From a virus (Duplodnaviria; Caudoviricetes), in the IMG/VR virus record IMGVR_UViG_3300050196_000504, positions 1 to 45,682 of that record: 45,682 bases of DNA; one strand, written 5' to 3'. The notes under the pieces are model-generated. The model did not search any database and was not told where the DNA came from. It was given only the letters and a program-made list of their open reading frames with translations. How positions within the stretch are numbered: the first letter of the stretch is position 1; every line of letters begins with the position of its first letter. Below are positions 1 to 8,033 of the stretch, piece after piece. The position numbers and the translations under genes were made by a program.

Positions 1-444
1 GATACCGGTCTGCGCCGGTGTGGGCTCCGTGTACGGGTAACCGGCCGGAAGGCTGGAAGGGTTGTCGCCGTCGCGGAACGTGCACGAATTTGTGCGCGTG
101 GTCGGCTTGAAATGGCGATAGAGCATTTCCAGCTGGTCACGAGCCGGAATGGCCCAATCGTTGAAGCCGCCGATTTCCAGCGCCAGCACCTGCTTGGCCA
201 GCTCGCTACCAGCTTCGGCCATGGCCTTGGTGTTGGCCAGACCATCGGTGTAGCTGCCTGCGCCGGTGATGTCCTGGCCGTATTCGCCCCACTCGACATC
301 GTCAACCTCACCGTCTTTGCCGGAGACGATCAGGGCGCGGGTCTCGTCGCCTTGTTTGTAAAGCCCTGCGAAGAAGCCACCTTCGAACGGGGTTCCGATA
401 ACTGTAGGTACAACCTCTGCTGCGATTGCATTTTTCATTGTCAT
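1..444 (-). CDS. DUF1566/Lcl (C-type-lectin-like) domain protein, truncated by window edge
   Basis: Not in the ORF track because it has no stop in the window. Translates MTMKNAIAAEVVPTVIGTPFEGGFFAG...DGLANTKAMAEAGSELAKQVLALEIGGFNDWAIPARDQLEMLYRHFKP. IGTPFEGGFFAG and GGFxDWxIPxxDxLE are typical of phage DUF1566 proteins. Confidence 0.8.
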   Translation of the reverse strand, partial: MTMKNAIAAEVVPTVIGTPFEGGFFAGLYKQGDETRALIVSGKDGEVDDVEWGEYGQDITGAGSYTDGLANTKAMAEAGSELAKQVLALEIGGFNDWAIPARDQLEMLYRHFKPTTRTNSCTFRDGDNPSSLPAGYPYTEPTPAQTGI

Positions 445-549
445 GTCCAATTTTTTGGCATTCTGTCTCTAAGCCCCAGCGCACGTTTGTCGAGTGACGT
501 CTGTTTGCCGCATGATTACCGGTGAGGGACCGGGCGGGGCTGTTTAGAT

Positions 550-777
550 TTATGCTGCTGCCGGCGTCCAGGCAACGGCCCGGGATTTCCAGTTGTCTCG
601 GTCAAGAGCAAGGGCTTCGTTTCGCTCCTCAAGCTCCTGCTTTTGTGCGGTAGCTTGCGCCAAATCAGCGCTCAGACTGCCGATCTGGGTGTTTCGTAAC
701 TCGACCTGCTGGTGCAGCTTCGCGTTCTCTGCGAGCAGTCGGGCCATCAGCTCCGGTGTGTGTTCGCTGTTGTCCAT
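550..777 (-). CDS. hypothetical coiled-coil phage protein
   Basis: 75 aa, heptad-rich, GGAGG RBS upstream on the minus strand. Confidence 0.65.
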   Translation of the reverse strand: MDNSEHTPELMARLLAENAKLHQQVELRNTQIGSLSADLAQATAQKQELEERNEALALDRDNWKSRAVAWTPAAA

Positions 778-834
778 TCAATCCTCCGTACAGTTTTTTC
801 ATGGCGTGAAACGTCCATTTTCGCCGTTGCAATG

Positions 835-1731
835 TCACGTAGTTTCGATCCCTCCCAATACGCTGATCAGCTCGTTGGTTAATTCGCCCAGCTCTTCACT
901 CATCAGTGTGAATGTGGCTTCGAACAGGCTGGCGCTGTCGTCTCCGGCCTGGCTGGCTTCGTCCTGCAAAACGTCCAGAAACTGGATGCGTTTCAGCTGC
1001 AGGGTGTCGGTTAGCACAAAACGGATGCGCTCATTCCAGATCAGCCCGAGTTTTGTGACTTGCTTGCCGGTGGCAATGTGCGACCGGATTTCATCGGCGG
1101 TCAGATCTGCCCGCTTAGCGTTGATCGTTGCCCCGTTTTCACTGCTATCCATCAGCTCGCATTCCGAATCCAGTTCGAAACGGCCGCCAGCCTCGCCTGC
1201 GGCCAGCCAGTCTGTCATGACCGTGTACGGTGTCAGCTTTGTGCGCGGTAATGCGGCCGGGAAGGGTGGTAAGGCCTCACGCAGCTTGCTGATCAGTCCT
1301 TCGGCCTTGTTTGCAGTTGCACTCTCGATCATCACAAGGCCGCGACGATTGTCGATATAGGCCGTCATTCGGCTGGCCCGGGTAAAAGCCCGTGGCAACA
1401 GATCATCAGTGATCTGCTCTTTCAACGCCTGCTTTTCCTTGCGCCCAGCCTTGCGGTGCTCTCGCTGCTCCAGTTCGGTGACTCTTTCTTCGACGGCATC
1501 GTGAATAGTGGACGCTGGCAGAACTTTATCCTCGCGCTTGAGCGATACAAGCAGACAGTTGCGCGCGCTGAATACCGGCCCGTCCAGGTGACTTGCCGGT
1601 GGCATCCAGCCTTCGCTGAACCAACTCAACCCCGTGCAGGGCTGAAATGGCGACTTGGACAACGAATCAGCGAGCGCCTGCTGGTCGACTGCATTCCCCA
1701 GGATGTAAAACGATAGTTGTTTGAACCACAT
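835..1731 (-). CDS. rdgC: recombination-associated protein RdgC
   Basis: Starts MWFKQLSFY. Contains EDKVLPA, ITDDLLPRAF, VTKLGLIWNERIRFVLTD and C-terminal LGG, all characteristic of RdgC. Confidence 0.93.
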   Translation of the reverse strand: MWFKQLSFYILGNAVDQQALADSLSKSPFQPCTGLSWFSEGWMPPASHLDGPVFSARNCLLVSLKREDKVLPASTIHDAVEERVTELEQREHRKAGRKEKQALKEQITDDLLPRAFTRASRMTAYIDNRRGLVMIESATANKAEGLISKLREALPPFPAALPRTKLTPYTVMTDWLAAGEAGGRFELDSECELMDSSENGATINAKRADLTADEIRSHIATGKQVTKLGLIWNERIRFVLTDTLQLKRIQFLDVLQDEASQAGDDSASLFEATFTLMSEELGELTNELISVLGGIETT

Positions 1732-1745
1732 AATCGGTGTCCATG

Positions 1746-1770
1746 AAAAACCCCGCACTGGGCGGGGTGG
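1746..1770 (-). terminator. intrinsic terminator-like hairpin after ssb
   Basis: CCCCGC...GCGGGG stem followed by a T-run on the minus strand. Confidence 0.55.
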
Positions 1771-2229
1771 TTAGATGCAGTAGAGGATGGAACGATGTTC
1801 TAGGCCGATTGGCGCAAAAGGGATATCGTCATCGATGTCTGCCGGCGGCTGTGGGGGCGGAGATGCCTGGCGGCGGGGCGGGTCAGGCTGTTTGCTTTGC
1901 GAGGCATGCTGACCTGTCGCCTCATCCTTCTTCCCTACGAAACGAATGTCGATCACTCTGGCCGCCATTTTGTAACCTTCTCCGTTCTTGCCATGGTAGG
2001 TCTCGATATGCGGGGCTTCGAGCAAAAAGTAGAACTGTTCGCCTTTTGACAGGTACTGCTGCAGTGACTCGGCACGTTTTCCCCATAGGCTGGCCTCAAC
2101 CCACTGCGTTTGCTTTTCCTTCCCCCGCATAAAATCAAACGCCAGTGCGAGCGATGCAACCGGCTCTTGCTGCTGGGTGTAGCGGACTTCGGCGTCACGG
2201 CCAAGACGGGCCACTCCGGATAGATGCAT
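1771..2229 (-). CDS. ssb: single-stranded DNA-binding protein
   Basis: RLGRDAEVRYT, WVEASLWGKRAE, YLSKG, Pro/Gln linker and acidic DDDIPF tail. Confidence 0.92.
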   Translation of the reverse strand: MHLSGVARLGRDAEVRYTQQQEPVASLALAFDFMRGKEKQTQWVEASLWGKRAESLQQYLSKGEQFYFLLEAPHIETYHGKNGEGYKMAARVIDIRFVGKKDEATGQHASQSKQPDPPRRQASPPPQPPADIDDDIPFAPIGLEHRSILYCI

Positions 2230-2238
2230 GACAGATCC

Positions 2239-3165
2239 TCAATATGTGATGTTAATGTGGCGAATGTGGCCACGAGCGATTGATGAGATAACAAGTTTTG
2301 CCGCGTCTGCGGTTAGCCCTGTTGCTTCGGCAAGATCCACAAGAGCTTCGTTGTTAATGCGCTTCTTGTACTCAACGTCAGCAGCGCGTGCAGCTTCTTC
2401 ATCGGCAGCACGCTGGCGTTCGACTTCTACCCGTCGCTGCTCTTGGGCGATAGCATCGGCTTTTGCCCGCTCTGCTTGCGCTGCGGCATCTTTCTTCGCC
2501 TGCGCAGCCCGGGCTTCAGCATCGGCACGTTCTCGCTCTGCACGTTCGGCAGCGGCTTTGGCTTCGACTTCGCGTCGAAGTGCGGCCTCGTGCTCTGCGC
2601 GAGCCTTGGCTTCCGCTTCTTGCTTCGCCTTTTCGGCGGCGGCTCGGGCAATTTCCGCCTCGTGCTTTATCTTTGCCTGTTCTTCCGCCTGGCGGCGATC
2701 GGCTAATTGGCGGTCGTATTCACGGTTCAGAAGAATTGCTATTTCGTGATCGGATTCAATCTGATGAGCAAGCGCTTCTGCAGCTTCCGCCGCCTCTGCT
2801 TCTGCCTTTATGCGCTCCTGTTCTTCTTCCCACTCGGTGAGTGGCCGGCGCACCTCGTCACGTAGGGCGTCGCATTTTTGTGAGAAATCGCGAAGCTCCG
2901 CCTCAATTTGCTTGGGGAGCTCTTTGATCTGTTTCAGGTAGTCGCGCCCAGGTTTCTCAACTGCAGTCTTGCTGCGAGACACGAGGCCAGACAGAGACGC
3001 GATGCGTGCGCGCCCCTTTGCGGTGCTGACATCCGGCACCTCGTTGACGCTCTCTTTGATGTGCTCGAAAAATGAATCAAGGCCCTTTCCTTGGTACACT
3101 GCGGGGGCCTTGTCGGGGGTGATGTCCAGCAGCAGGGCTGGAAGGTTTTCAGCGGCTCCCATCAT
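2239..3165 (-). CDS. conserved lambdoid early protein with TolA-like Ala/Glu/Arg coiled coil
   Basis: PDVSTAKGRARIASL...LRDEVRRPLTEWE, C-terminal IARGHIRHINITY. ATGA overlap with the exonuclease stop. Confidence 0.8.
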   Translation of the reverse strand: MMGAAENLPALLLDITPDKAPAVYQGKGLDSFFEHIKESVNEVPDVSTAKGRARIASLSGLVSRSKTAVEKPGRDYLKQIKELPKQIEAELRDFSQKCDALRDEVRRPLTEWEEEQERIKAEAEAAEAAEALAHQIESDHEIAILLNREYDRQLADRRQAEEQAKIKHEAEIARAAAEKAKQEAEAKARAEHEAALRREVEAKAAAERAERERADAEARAAQAKKDAAAQAERAKADAIAQEQRRVEVERQRAADEEAARAADVEYKKRINNEALVDLAEATGLTADAAKLVISSIARGHIRHINITY

Positions 3166-3872
3166 GCAGCCTTTCTCATGACAATTGGATGCGGCCATTG
3201 ATCGCCAAAGGTGTAATCAAGCTTGGCGAGCCGCTGGTCCATTTCGTGAATAAATGCGGGAATGGCATCGGAAAACGTCGCCATCATTTTTTCGTCGCGC
3301 TCAATCAACTGGCTGTGAAGCATGTAGTTCGTGACTTTCGGGTGGTAGCAGGCAAAGTGCCAGGTCTCGCGGTCAGTTACGAACATGCTGAACTGCACCT
3401 GGGCGATGTACTCCGGCTTGATGTCACCCCAGGCCACAAACTTATTGAAAACGGCTGGATCAAACGGGCACTTGGCCTCTACGCCAGACAGGTCCCCAAC
3501 CAGTCCGTCAGGGCTGCAACCGTAACGCATGCTGTCGTCTGCGTAGACAAACGGAATCTGCTCGACTGCTTCGCCCAGCTCAAATCCAAGGAGGCCCACG
3601 CACGACCCTTCATGCTCGTGCCCCCATTCTGTCTGCTTCCAGCCGCCGTCCTTTATCTCAGCAATTTCGACCTGTGCCATCAGCTCTGCCATGTACGTTT
3701 TTCGCATTTCGCCCTTGGCGATCAGGTCTTTTGCGCGGCTCGCTGTAATTACGCCAAATCGCATGGCATGCCAGTTGTCTGAGCCTTGCTCCACACGTGA
3801 GCCATCGAATCCCATTCTGCCGAGTGTGAGACGAGTTAAATCATCTTTAAGCTGTTTGTTTGTCCGTGGCAT
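3162..3872 (-). CDS. YqaJ / lambda-type exonuclease
   Basis: QGSDNW..R.GVITAS, GHEHE, GCSPDGL, EAKCP and YIAQVQFSM motifs. Confidence 0.92.
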   Translation of the reverse strand: MPRTNKQLKDDLTRLTLGRMGFDGSRVEQGSDNWHAMRFGVITASRAKDLIAKGEMRKTYMAELMAQVEIAEIKDGGWKQTEWGHEHEGSCVGLLGFELGEAVEQIPFVYADDSMRYGCSPDGLVGDLSGVEAKCPFDPAVFNKFVAWGDIKPEYIAQVQFSMFVTDRETWHFACYHPKVTNYMLHSQLIERDEKMMATFSDAIPAFIHEMDQRLAKLDYTFGDQWPHPIVMRKAA

Positions 3873-4461
3873 CTAATCTCCCCCTTACGAACTTGATAAT
3901 GGTCGCCATGTCTTCTGCTGTTACTGATTCAAGCGGCTTCCCCTTGTAGCGATGATCCGATGGATACACGTCGGATAGTTGCTCCCACGTGCGCCCGTAC
4001 TCAGACAGAAGGGTATTGATTTGCGTAATCTGCGAGTCGTGAGCTGGCTGATTGGCTGCCTCTTCACGCCAGGCGGCTGCACGAGCTCCATCATCATCGT
4101 CCTGGGTGACGTTCAATGCGGCGGCGAGGGCATAACGTCGCGCATAGGTCAAAGCCGAGCCAAATCCTTGAGGGTCTTGCTTGCTGATCGGCATAACCAT
4201 TTCGCCGCCAATGTATTCGCCAGATTTGTGCAGAATGATTGTCGTAAGGTGCAGCTTTCCATCATCGGATGGGTCCGGCGTTTGAAACGGCGTAAGGTCG
4301 TTATCACCTAACGCACCGCCGATTGCATCCATTACGGCACCAAGGTCAGCGTACCGATTTTTAAGATGCGGGTTGGCCGCATTCTTGATTGCGATGCCAA
4401 CGTCGCGGCGGGCTTGTACCAACGCCGCTGCGACCAAGGTAATGCTGTCTGATTTAAGCAT
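3847..4461 (-). CDS. erf: ERF-family ssDNA annealing protein
   Basis: KNAANPHLKNRYADL, HKSGEY, DPQGFGSALTYARRYAL and DDDG signature. Confidence 0.92.
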   Translation of the reverse strand: MLKSDSITLVAAALVQARRDVGIAIKNAANPHLKNRYADLGAVMDAIGGALGDNDLTPFQTPDPSDDGKLHLTTIILHKSGEYIGGEMVMPISKQDPQGFGSALTYARRYALAAALNVTQDDDDGARAAAWREEAANQPAHDSQITQINTLLSEYGRTWEQLSDVYPSDHRYKGKPLESVTAEDMATIIKFVRGRLDATDKQTA

Positions 4462-4485
4462 GCTCACTCCAAACAAAAAGACCGC

Positions 4486-4656
4486 TTATGCGGCCTTGTT
4501 TAGTTCAAAAAGAATGTCTTCAACCACGTCGCGCTCGCGTTGCTTTTTTCTCGCCCGGCGGATATGCGGAACATTCAGCCGGATCGGGCCGCCTTGGTCG
4601 TAAAGTAGCGCCATGGTTGCCCGTTCGGCGTAATCTTTTATTTGAGCGGCTTTCAT
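4486..4656 (-). CDS. small hypothetical protein (56 aa)
   Basis: MKAAQIKDYAERATMALLYDQGG...ELNKAA. ATGA overlap with the upstream gene. Confidence 0.55.
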   Translation of the reverse strand: MKAAQIKDYAERATMALLYDQGGPIRLNVPHIRRARKKQRERDVVEDILFELNKAA

Positions 4657-4886
4657 GCGATCGCCTGCATGTGCTCGTTGTTAGATTGAGCAATGTGTTG
4701 GCACTCTCGCTCGGAAAAGCGTTCAGCCGCGGCATCTCGCATTTTTTTGGCAACGCGACGACTTTTAAGCTCGTCGCCAGCAGAGGAAAGCAATTCAGCT
4801 AGCAACACGGTGTCTTCCGGCTGGTCAAGTTCGTTAATAACGTCCAGATCGCTTGCCGTGGCATCAAAGTGCTCGCGTGGGGTCAT
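4653..4886 (-). CDS. small acidic hypothetical protein
   Basis: MTPREHFDATASDLDVINEL..., translationally coupled on both sides. Confidence 0.6.
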   Translation of the reverse strand: MTPREHFDATASDLDVINELDQPEDTVLLAELLSSAGDELKSRRVAKKMRDAAAERFSERECQHIAQSNNEHMQAIA

Positions 4887-4984
4887 GGCTGCCACCCCGC
4901 CACGACCACTGCAACAATCAGGGCGACAGTTAACGTGCCGACTGCAATGAAGTGCCAGAATTTCCGCTGTTCTACTGTACCCAT
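4883..4984 (-). CDS. 33-aa single-TM peptide
   Basis: MGTVEQRKFWHFIAVGTLTVALIVAVVVAGWQP, GGAGG RBS, ATGA coupling. Confidence 0.5.
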   Translation of the reverse strand: MGTVEQRKFWHFIAVGTLTVALIVAVVVAGWQP

Positions 4985-5079
4985 TTAAATGCCTCCGATG
5001 CGATGCATGCCACGCCGTATATGGCGAGGCAGAAAATAATCAGGCAGCCGATGCCAGCGGCTTCTCCTCTTGTGAGCAT
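4972..5079 (-). CDS. 35-aa single-TM peptide
   Basis: MLTRGEAAGIGCLIIFCLAIYGVACIASEAFKWVQ, GGAGG RBS. Confidence 0.45.
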   Translation of the reverse strand: MLTRGEAAGIGCLIIFCLAIYGVACIASEAFKWVQ

Positions 5080-5189
5080 TCCGCTTCCTCCCTAACGAAT
5101 TTCACAGTAAATCCGCTGTCGCGAAGGGCGCGGAGCTCTTGTATCATCGGCTCGTAATCGCCGTTCTTGGGGCAGAGCTTGATCAGCAT
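5040..5189 (-). CDS. small hypothetical protein (49 aa)
   Basis: MLIKLCPKNGDYEPMIQELRALRDSGFTVKFVREE..., overlaps both neighbours, GGAG RBS. Confidence 0.4.
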   Translation of the reverse strand: MLIKLCPKNGDYEPMIQELRALRDSGFTVKFVREEAECSQEEKPLASAA

Positions 5190-5401
5190 GATGCCTGCTC
5201 CAGAATCGCTCCCTCACCGTGGTAAATCGTGCCGATTCCGATTGCATCGGACTGCATGGCGCTGATCTGGCAGGCCAGCTCGGCGTCAATGTCTTCGCAC
5301 CCGTCGCCATTGCTCATGCCCATGCGATTTATCAGGCGCTCAATTTTCTCTGCGCGATACCGAATCCCGTCCAGCTCGCTTATCAGTCGCTTGTTGATCA
5401 T
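5183..5401 (-). CDS. hypothetical protein
   Basis: 72-aa ORF in the early operon with a GGGAG RBS. Confidence 0.55.
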   Translation of the reverse strand: MINKRLISELDGIRYRAEKIERLINRMGMSNGDGCEDIDAELACQISAMQSDAIGIGTIYHGEGAILEQASC

Positions 5402-5445
5402 TTCCGACTCCCAAAAGCAAAACCCGGCTGCGCCGGGTTAAATTG

Positions 5446-5922
5446 TTAAAGGGGTGAATAGGCAACTCTGCGGACGGCGCGTGCCCGCGCCTCATAGTCC
5501 TTACGGCCGTAGTCCGTGCTGCCATCGTAGAAGTCCTGAACCCAGGCATAGTCGGACGAGTACTGCTCTCCAGACCAGTACCATGCAGGCTCAAACAGCC
5601 GATTAAGCTGCGCACGCAAAAAGGCCTGCTCCTGCCTTGTGGGGAGATGCCCGCCGATCGATTGCGCCCAGTCCAGCGATTGTTGCCAGTTTCCGGTGAC
5701 CTCCCCGGGAAGTAGCACCAGGTGATGTGATGGATCGCCGGTTTCTGCGTCAAAAACCAGCCCGGCGTAAACCTCTCCCTCGTGAAGCACGACGCCGCTG
5801 ACCGTTTTCGCTGCAAGGGTCTGCTCATCCGCATGAAACAGACCTGCGATAAGCCTTTCGATGCGAGGGAGCGGTGCAGATACTTTTATCTCACCGCATT
5901 CAAGCGTTGCAATTTCGTTCAT
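5446..5922 (-). CDS. DUF1566/Lcl CLec-like protein, possible DGR target
   Basis: WAQSIGGHLPTRQEQAFL, WYWSGEQYSSDYAWVQDFYDG...YEARARAVRR C-terminus. Confidence 0.85.
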   Translation of the reverse strand: MNEIATLECGEIKVSAPLPRIERLIAGLFHADEQTLAAKTVSGVVLHEGEVYAGLVFDAETGDPSHHLVLLPGEVTGNWQQSLDWAQSIGGHLPTRQEQAFLRAQLNRLFEPAWYWSGEQYSSDYAWVQDFYDGSTDYGRKDYEARARAVRRVAYSPL

Positions 5923-5933
5923 GCCTCACTCCA

Positions 5934-5961
5934 AAAAAGTGCCCGGCATGTGGCCGGGCGG
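5934..5961 (-). terminator. tL1-like intrinsic terminator
   Basis: GCCCGGC-CACAT-GCCGGGC followed by ACTTTTTT on the minus strand, just before the first early gene. Confidence 0.7.
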
Positions 5962-6150
5962 TGTAATAACCAAGATGTACTCCATCGGAAAGCGTCATCA
6001 TGCATTGATCTGCCATGGCGCTTTCCGTTGGGGCCGGTCTCTCCCGGCTTGTCGCGAATCTCTCGACCATCGCTGCGCCGCTAACGATATTGCGGTAACC
6101 GGTGCTACATAATCAGCCGTTGTGTTCCGGACGCCGCTCCCCGGTTTTAT

Positions 6151-6243
6151 CACATTGAAGCGTGCTGGAGTCGAACCAGCTAGGCCATAAGCCTCCGTCC
6201 CGTGGTAAGGGCATTTCACCATCAACGCCGACGCTTCAATGTG
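6151..6243 (-). ncRNA. tRNA-like structured element in the pL leader
   Basis: 13-bp closing stem CACATTGAAGCGT/ACGCTTCAATGTG, T-arm GCTGG-TTCGACT-CCAGC, D-like arm GCGT-TGATGGTGAA-ATGC, variable-arm hairpin AGGC-TTATG-GCCT. Weak anticodon arm and no CCA. Confidence 0.6.
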
Positions 6244-6453
6244 CCTCCTGTGATTTCCAGGAGGCGATTTCTTCAGTCGACTCGCCGCTGTCGCTCGGCG
6301 TTTTCCAGTTTCATTCTCTGCCTGCATCGCTTCGTCCACTGGTCACAGGTAATTGCTTTACCTGACTTGCTCCCACTTCACCGGCGTGGGGCTATATCTG
6401 AGGCCGGGCCTAAGGGGCGCGCTATGCGCCGTATCGGCTACTGATCTCTCTAG

Positions 6454-6467
6454 GCTGTTAAAGGTCG
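6454..6467 (-). promoter_or_regulatory. boxA-like antitermination site
   Basis: CGACCTTTAACAGC versus boxA consensus GCTCTTTAACA, about 25 nt after the predicted pL start. Confidence 0.45.
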
Positions 6468-6496
6468 GTGCTCTGTGTTGCTGAGCTGATGGAGTA

Positions 6497-6579
6497 AGAT
6501 TACCCACAAGGTAAACATATGGCAAGATAAAAATAACCTGATAGGTAATTTGTTGCTTTTTTGGTTACCCATGAGGGCA
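6497..6579 (-). promoter_or_regulatory. pL promoter with three CI operators (OL)
   Basis: -35 TTGCCA (6525-6520), 17 bp, -10 TAATCT (6502-6497). Operators TTACC-N5-GGTAA at 6500-6514, 6534-6548 (TAACC) and degenerate 6565-6579, the same motif as at cI/cro. Confidence 0.8.
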
Positions 6580-6624
6580 TCAGAAAGACGCGGCTGGCAG
6601 AGTAGGCCCGGTCGGGCCTACGGA

Positions 6625-6786
6625 CTAGTGGATGGCAGGTATGGTTGTTTGTAGTCTTAACGCAGCAAGAAGGGTTCTCACTTCTCCGTATTGCATAACT
6701 TCTATCTTGTGATCGCCGGTAAGAGTCACGCGGAGCTCAGCCAAGATATTTTTACCTGGCTCAGGGTTTGCATTATCGGTGTCCAT
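6625..6786 (-). CDS. small ORF (53 aa) downstream of luxR
   Basis: MDTDNANPEPGKNILAELRVTLTGDHKIEVMQYGEVRTLLAALRLQTTIPAIH. Start uncertain; the ORF is open to 6891. Confidence 0.5.
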   Translation of the reverse strand: MDTDNANPEPGKNILAELRVTLTGDHKIEVMQYGEVRTLLAALRLQTTIPAIH

Positions 6787-6895
6787 AATTGATCTGGGCA
6801 GTAGAGTTAATGGAGTTAAAAGGATGACATAAATGACATCGGCAATGTAAGGCGAACAAGTTGCCAATTTTCGAGCAGGAATGAGAAGCATTACG

Positions 6896-7645
6896 CTAAT
6901 GAAGAGTAGGGCGCATGAGCTTGTATATCAGTCCAGCCCTGGTGTTTGCATCATATCTATCAACGAGTTGTTTGATTTTTCTACGGGCAGTTCTGATTGA
7001 TAGCCCGGCTTTTTCGGCCGCTTCATTATCGCGCAGGCCCTCTGCCAAGCTGGTAACTAGTGACCGGTCGATATTTGAGAGCGTGTGAAGGAGGTCGCGG
7101 GGGCCCATGATTCTGGATGCTGCTGCGCATAGGTGGCGCTGAACCATTGTCAGTACAATTTGAATATCTCGATCTGTTTCGGTTGCGATTCCTGCGAACG
7201 ACAAAATTACCCGGTGGGTACCGTAGTCATGAATAAATGACAAGCCATGAGTCATGTCGTGTAGCGCACAGGCTCCGAGGAACCTGCGATGCGACCGATT
7301 GGATTGGTCGAGGGAGTTATATGCCTCAGACCAGATAATTGGCTTATCTAGCGGACCCCTGTGCACAGGGTCAATGCTCGCATATCCATTATTCAGGTAC
7401 TCAATAACCCAGTCTTCCGGCCAGCTCACATTCAGTATTTTTGAAAAACTCCGAGCGGCTTCACCAGGCCCGGATAGGGCAACGATAATCGATACCCCGG
7501 GCAACAGCAGGTGCTGCAGGCCCAACAGGCATGCACGTAAATCATCCTCTTCTCGAGTCATCGGGAAGTGTCCAACAAACTCCAGGGCCGTGTACACCTG
7601 CAGTGCCGGGACTTTTGATAGGATCGCGGGCGTATAGAGGTTCAT
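6896..7645 (-). CDS. LuxR-family acyl-homoserine-lactone receptor (CviR-like LuxR solo)
   Basis: LNVSWPEDWVIEYLNNGYASIDPV...PIIW...HGLSF carries the W/Y/DP/W/G autoinducer-pocket residues. C-terminal LuxR-type HTH is present but divergent. No luxI nearby. Confidence 0.88.
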   Translation of the reverse strand: MNLYTPAILSKVPALQVYTALEFVGHFPMTREEDDLRACLLGLQHLLLPGVSIIVALSGPGEAARSFSKILNVSWPEDWVIEYLNNGYASIDPVHRGPLDKPIIWSEAYNSLDQSNRSHRRFLGACALHDMTHGLSFIHDYGTHRVILSFAGIATETDRDIQIVLTMVQRHLCAAASRIMGPRDLLHTLSNIDRSLVTSLAEGLRDNEAAEKAGLSIRTARRKIKQLVDRYDANTRAGLIYKLMRPTLH

Positions 7646-7694
7646 ACTTGTAAAATAGTCGAAAAAATGACCATTTTACAGGTATTGATATAAA

Positions 7695-8033
7695 TCAACG
7701 TTTGCCGCGCTCTACTATCAGTTTTATTAGCTCTGCAATGTCCTCCGGGCCCTTGTCCAGCAGCTTGTCTGCAAGGTCCTCAATTGATTCTGCCGCGATA
7801 TAAGTGCTTTCGTTTGGCACTACCGGCGCCTGGGGGCCTTTGCCGGTGTCTAGCCACTGTGGGTTCACTCTCAGCGCCTTTGCTAACTGCAAAAGCTTCG
7901 TTGTAGCACGATTCCTGCCGTTTTCGATGTCGCGTATCGTTGATGGGCTTGCTCTAACCATTCTGGCAAGGGCCTTCATAGTTAGCCCCCGTGCCAAGCG
8001 TAGTGTTTTAACTCGGTCTGCAATGGATTCCAT
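7695..8033 (-). CDS. XRE/Cro-CI HTH transcriptional regulator
   Basis: IADRVKTLRLARGLTMKALARMV...STIRDIENGR...LAKALRVNPQWLDTGKG HTH_3 pattern. Confidence 0.9.
   Translation of the reverse strand: MESIADRVKTLRLARGLTMKALARMVRASPSTIRDIENGRNRATTKLLQLAKALRVNPQWLDTGKGPQAPVVPNESTYIAAESIEDLADKLLDKGPEDIAELIKLIVERGKR

Noticed and set aside
112-1360. Long plus-strand ORFs 112-525 and 593-1360
   Set aside because: Antisense shadows of the DUF1566, coiled-coil and rdgC genes.
6151-6243. Functional tRNA gene
   Set aside because: No proper 5-bp anticodon stem and no CCA; kept only as a tRNA-like element.
5998-6444. ORFs 5998-6339 (-), 6162-6365 (+) and 6202-6444 (+) as an N-like gene
   Set aside because: No clear RBS or recognisable family, and they run through strong RNA stems. 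A short translated peptide cannot be fully excluded.
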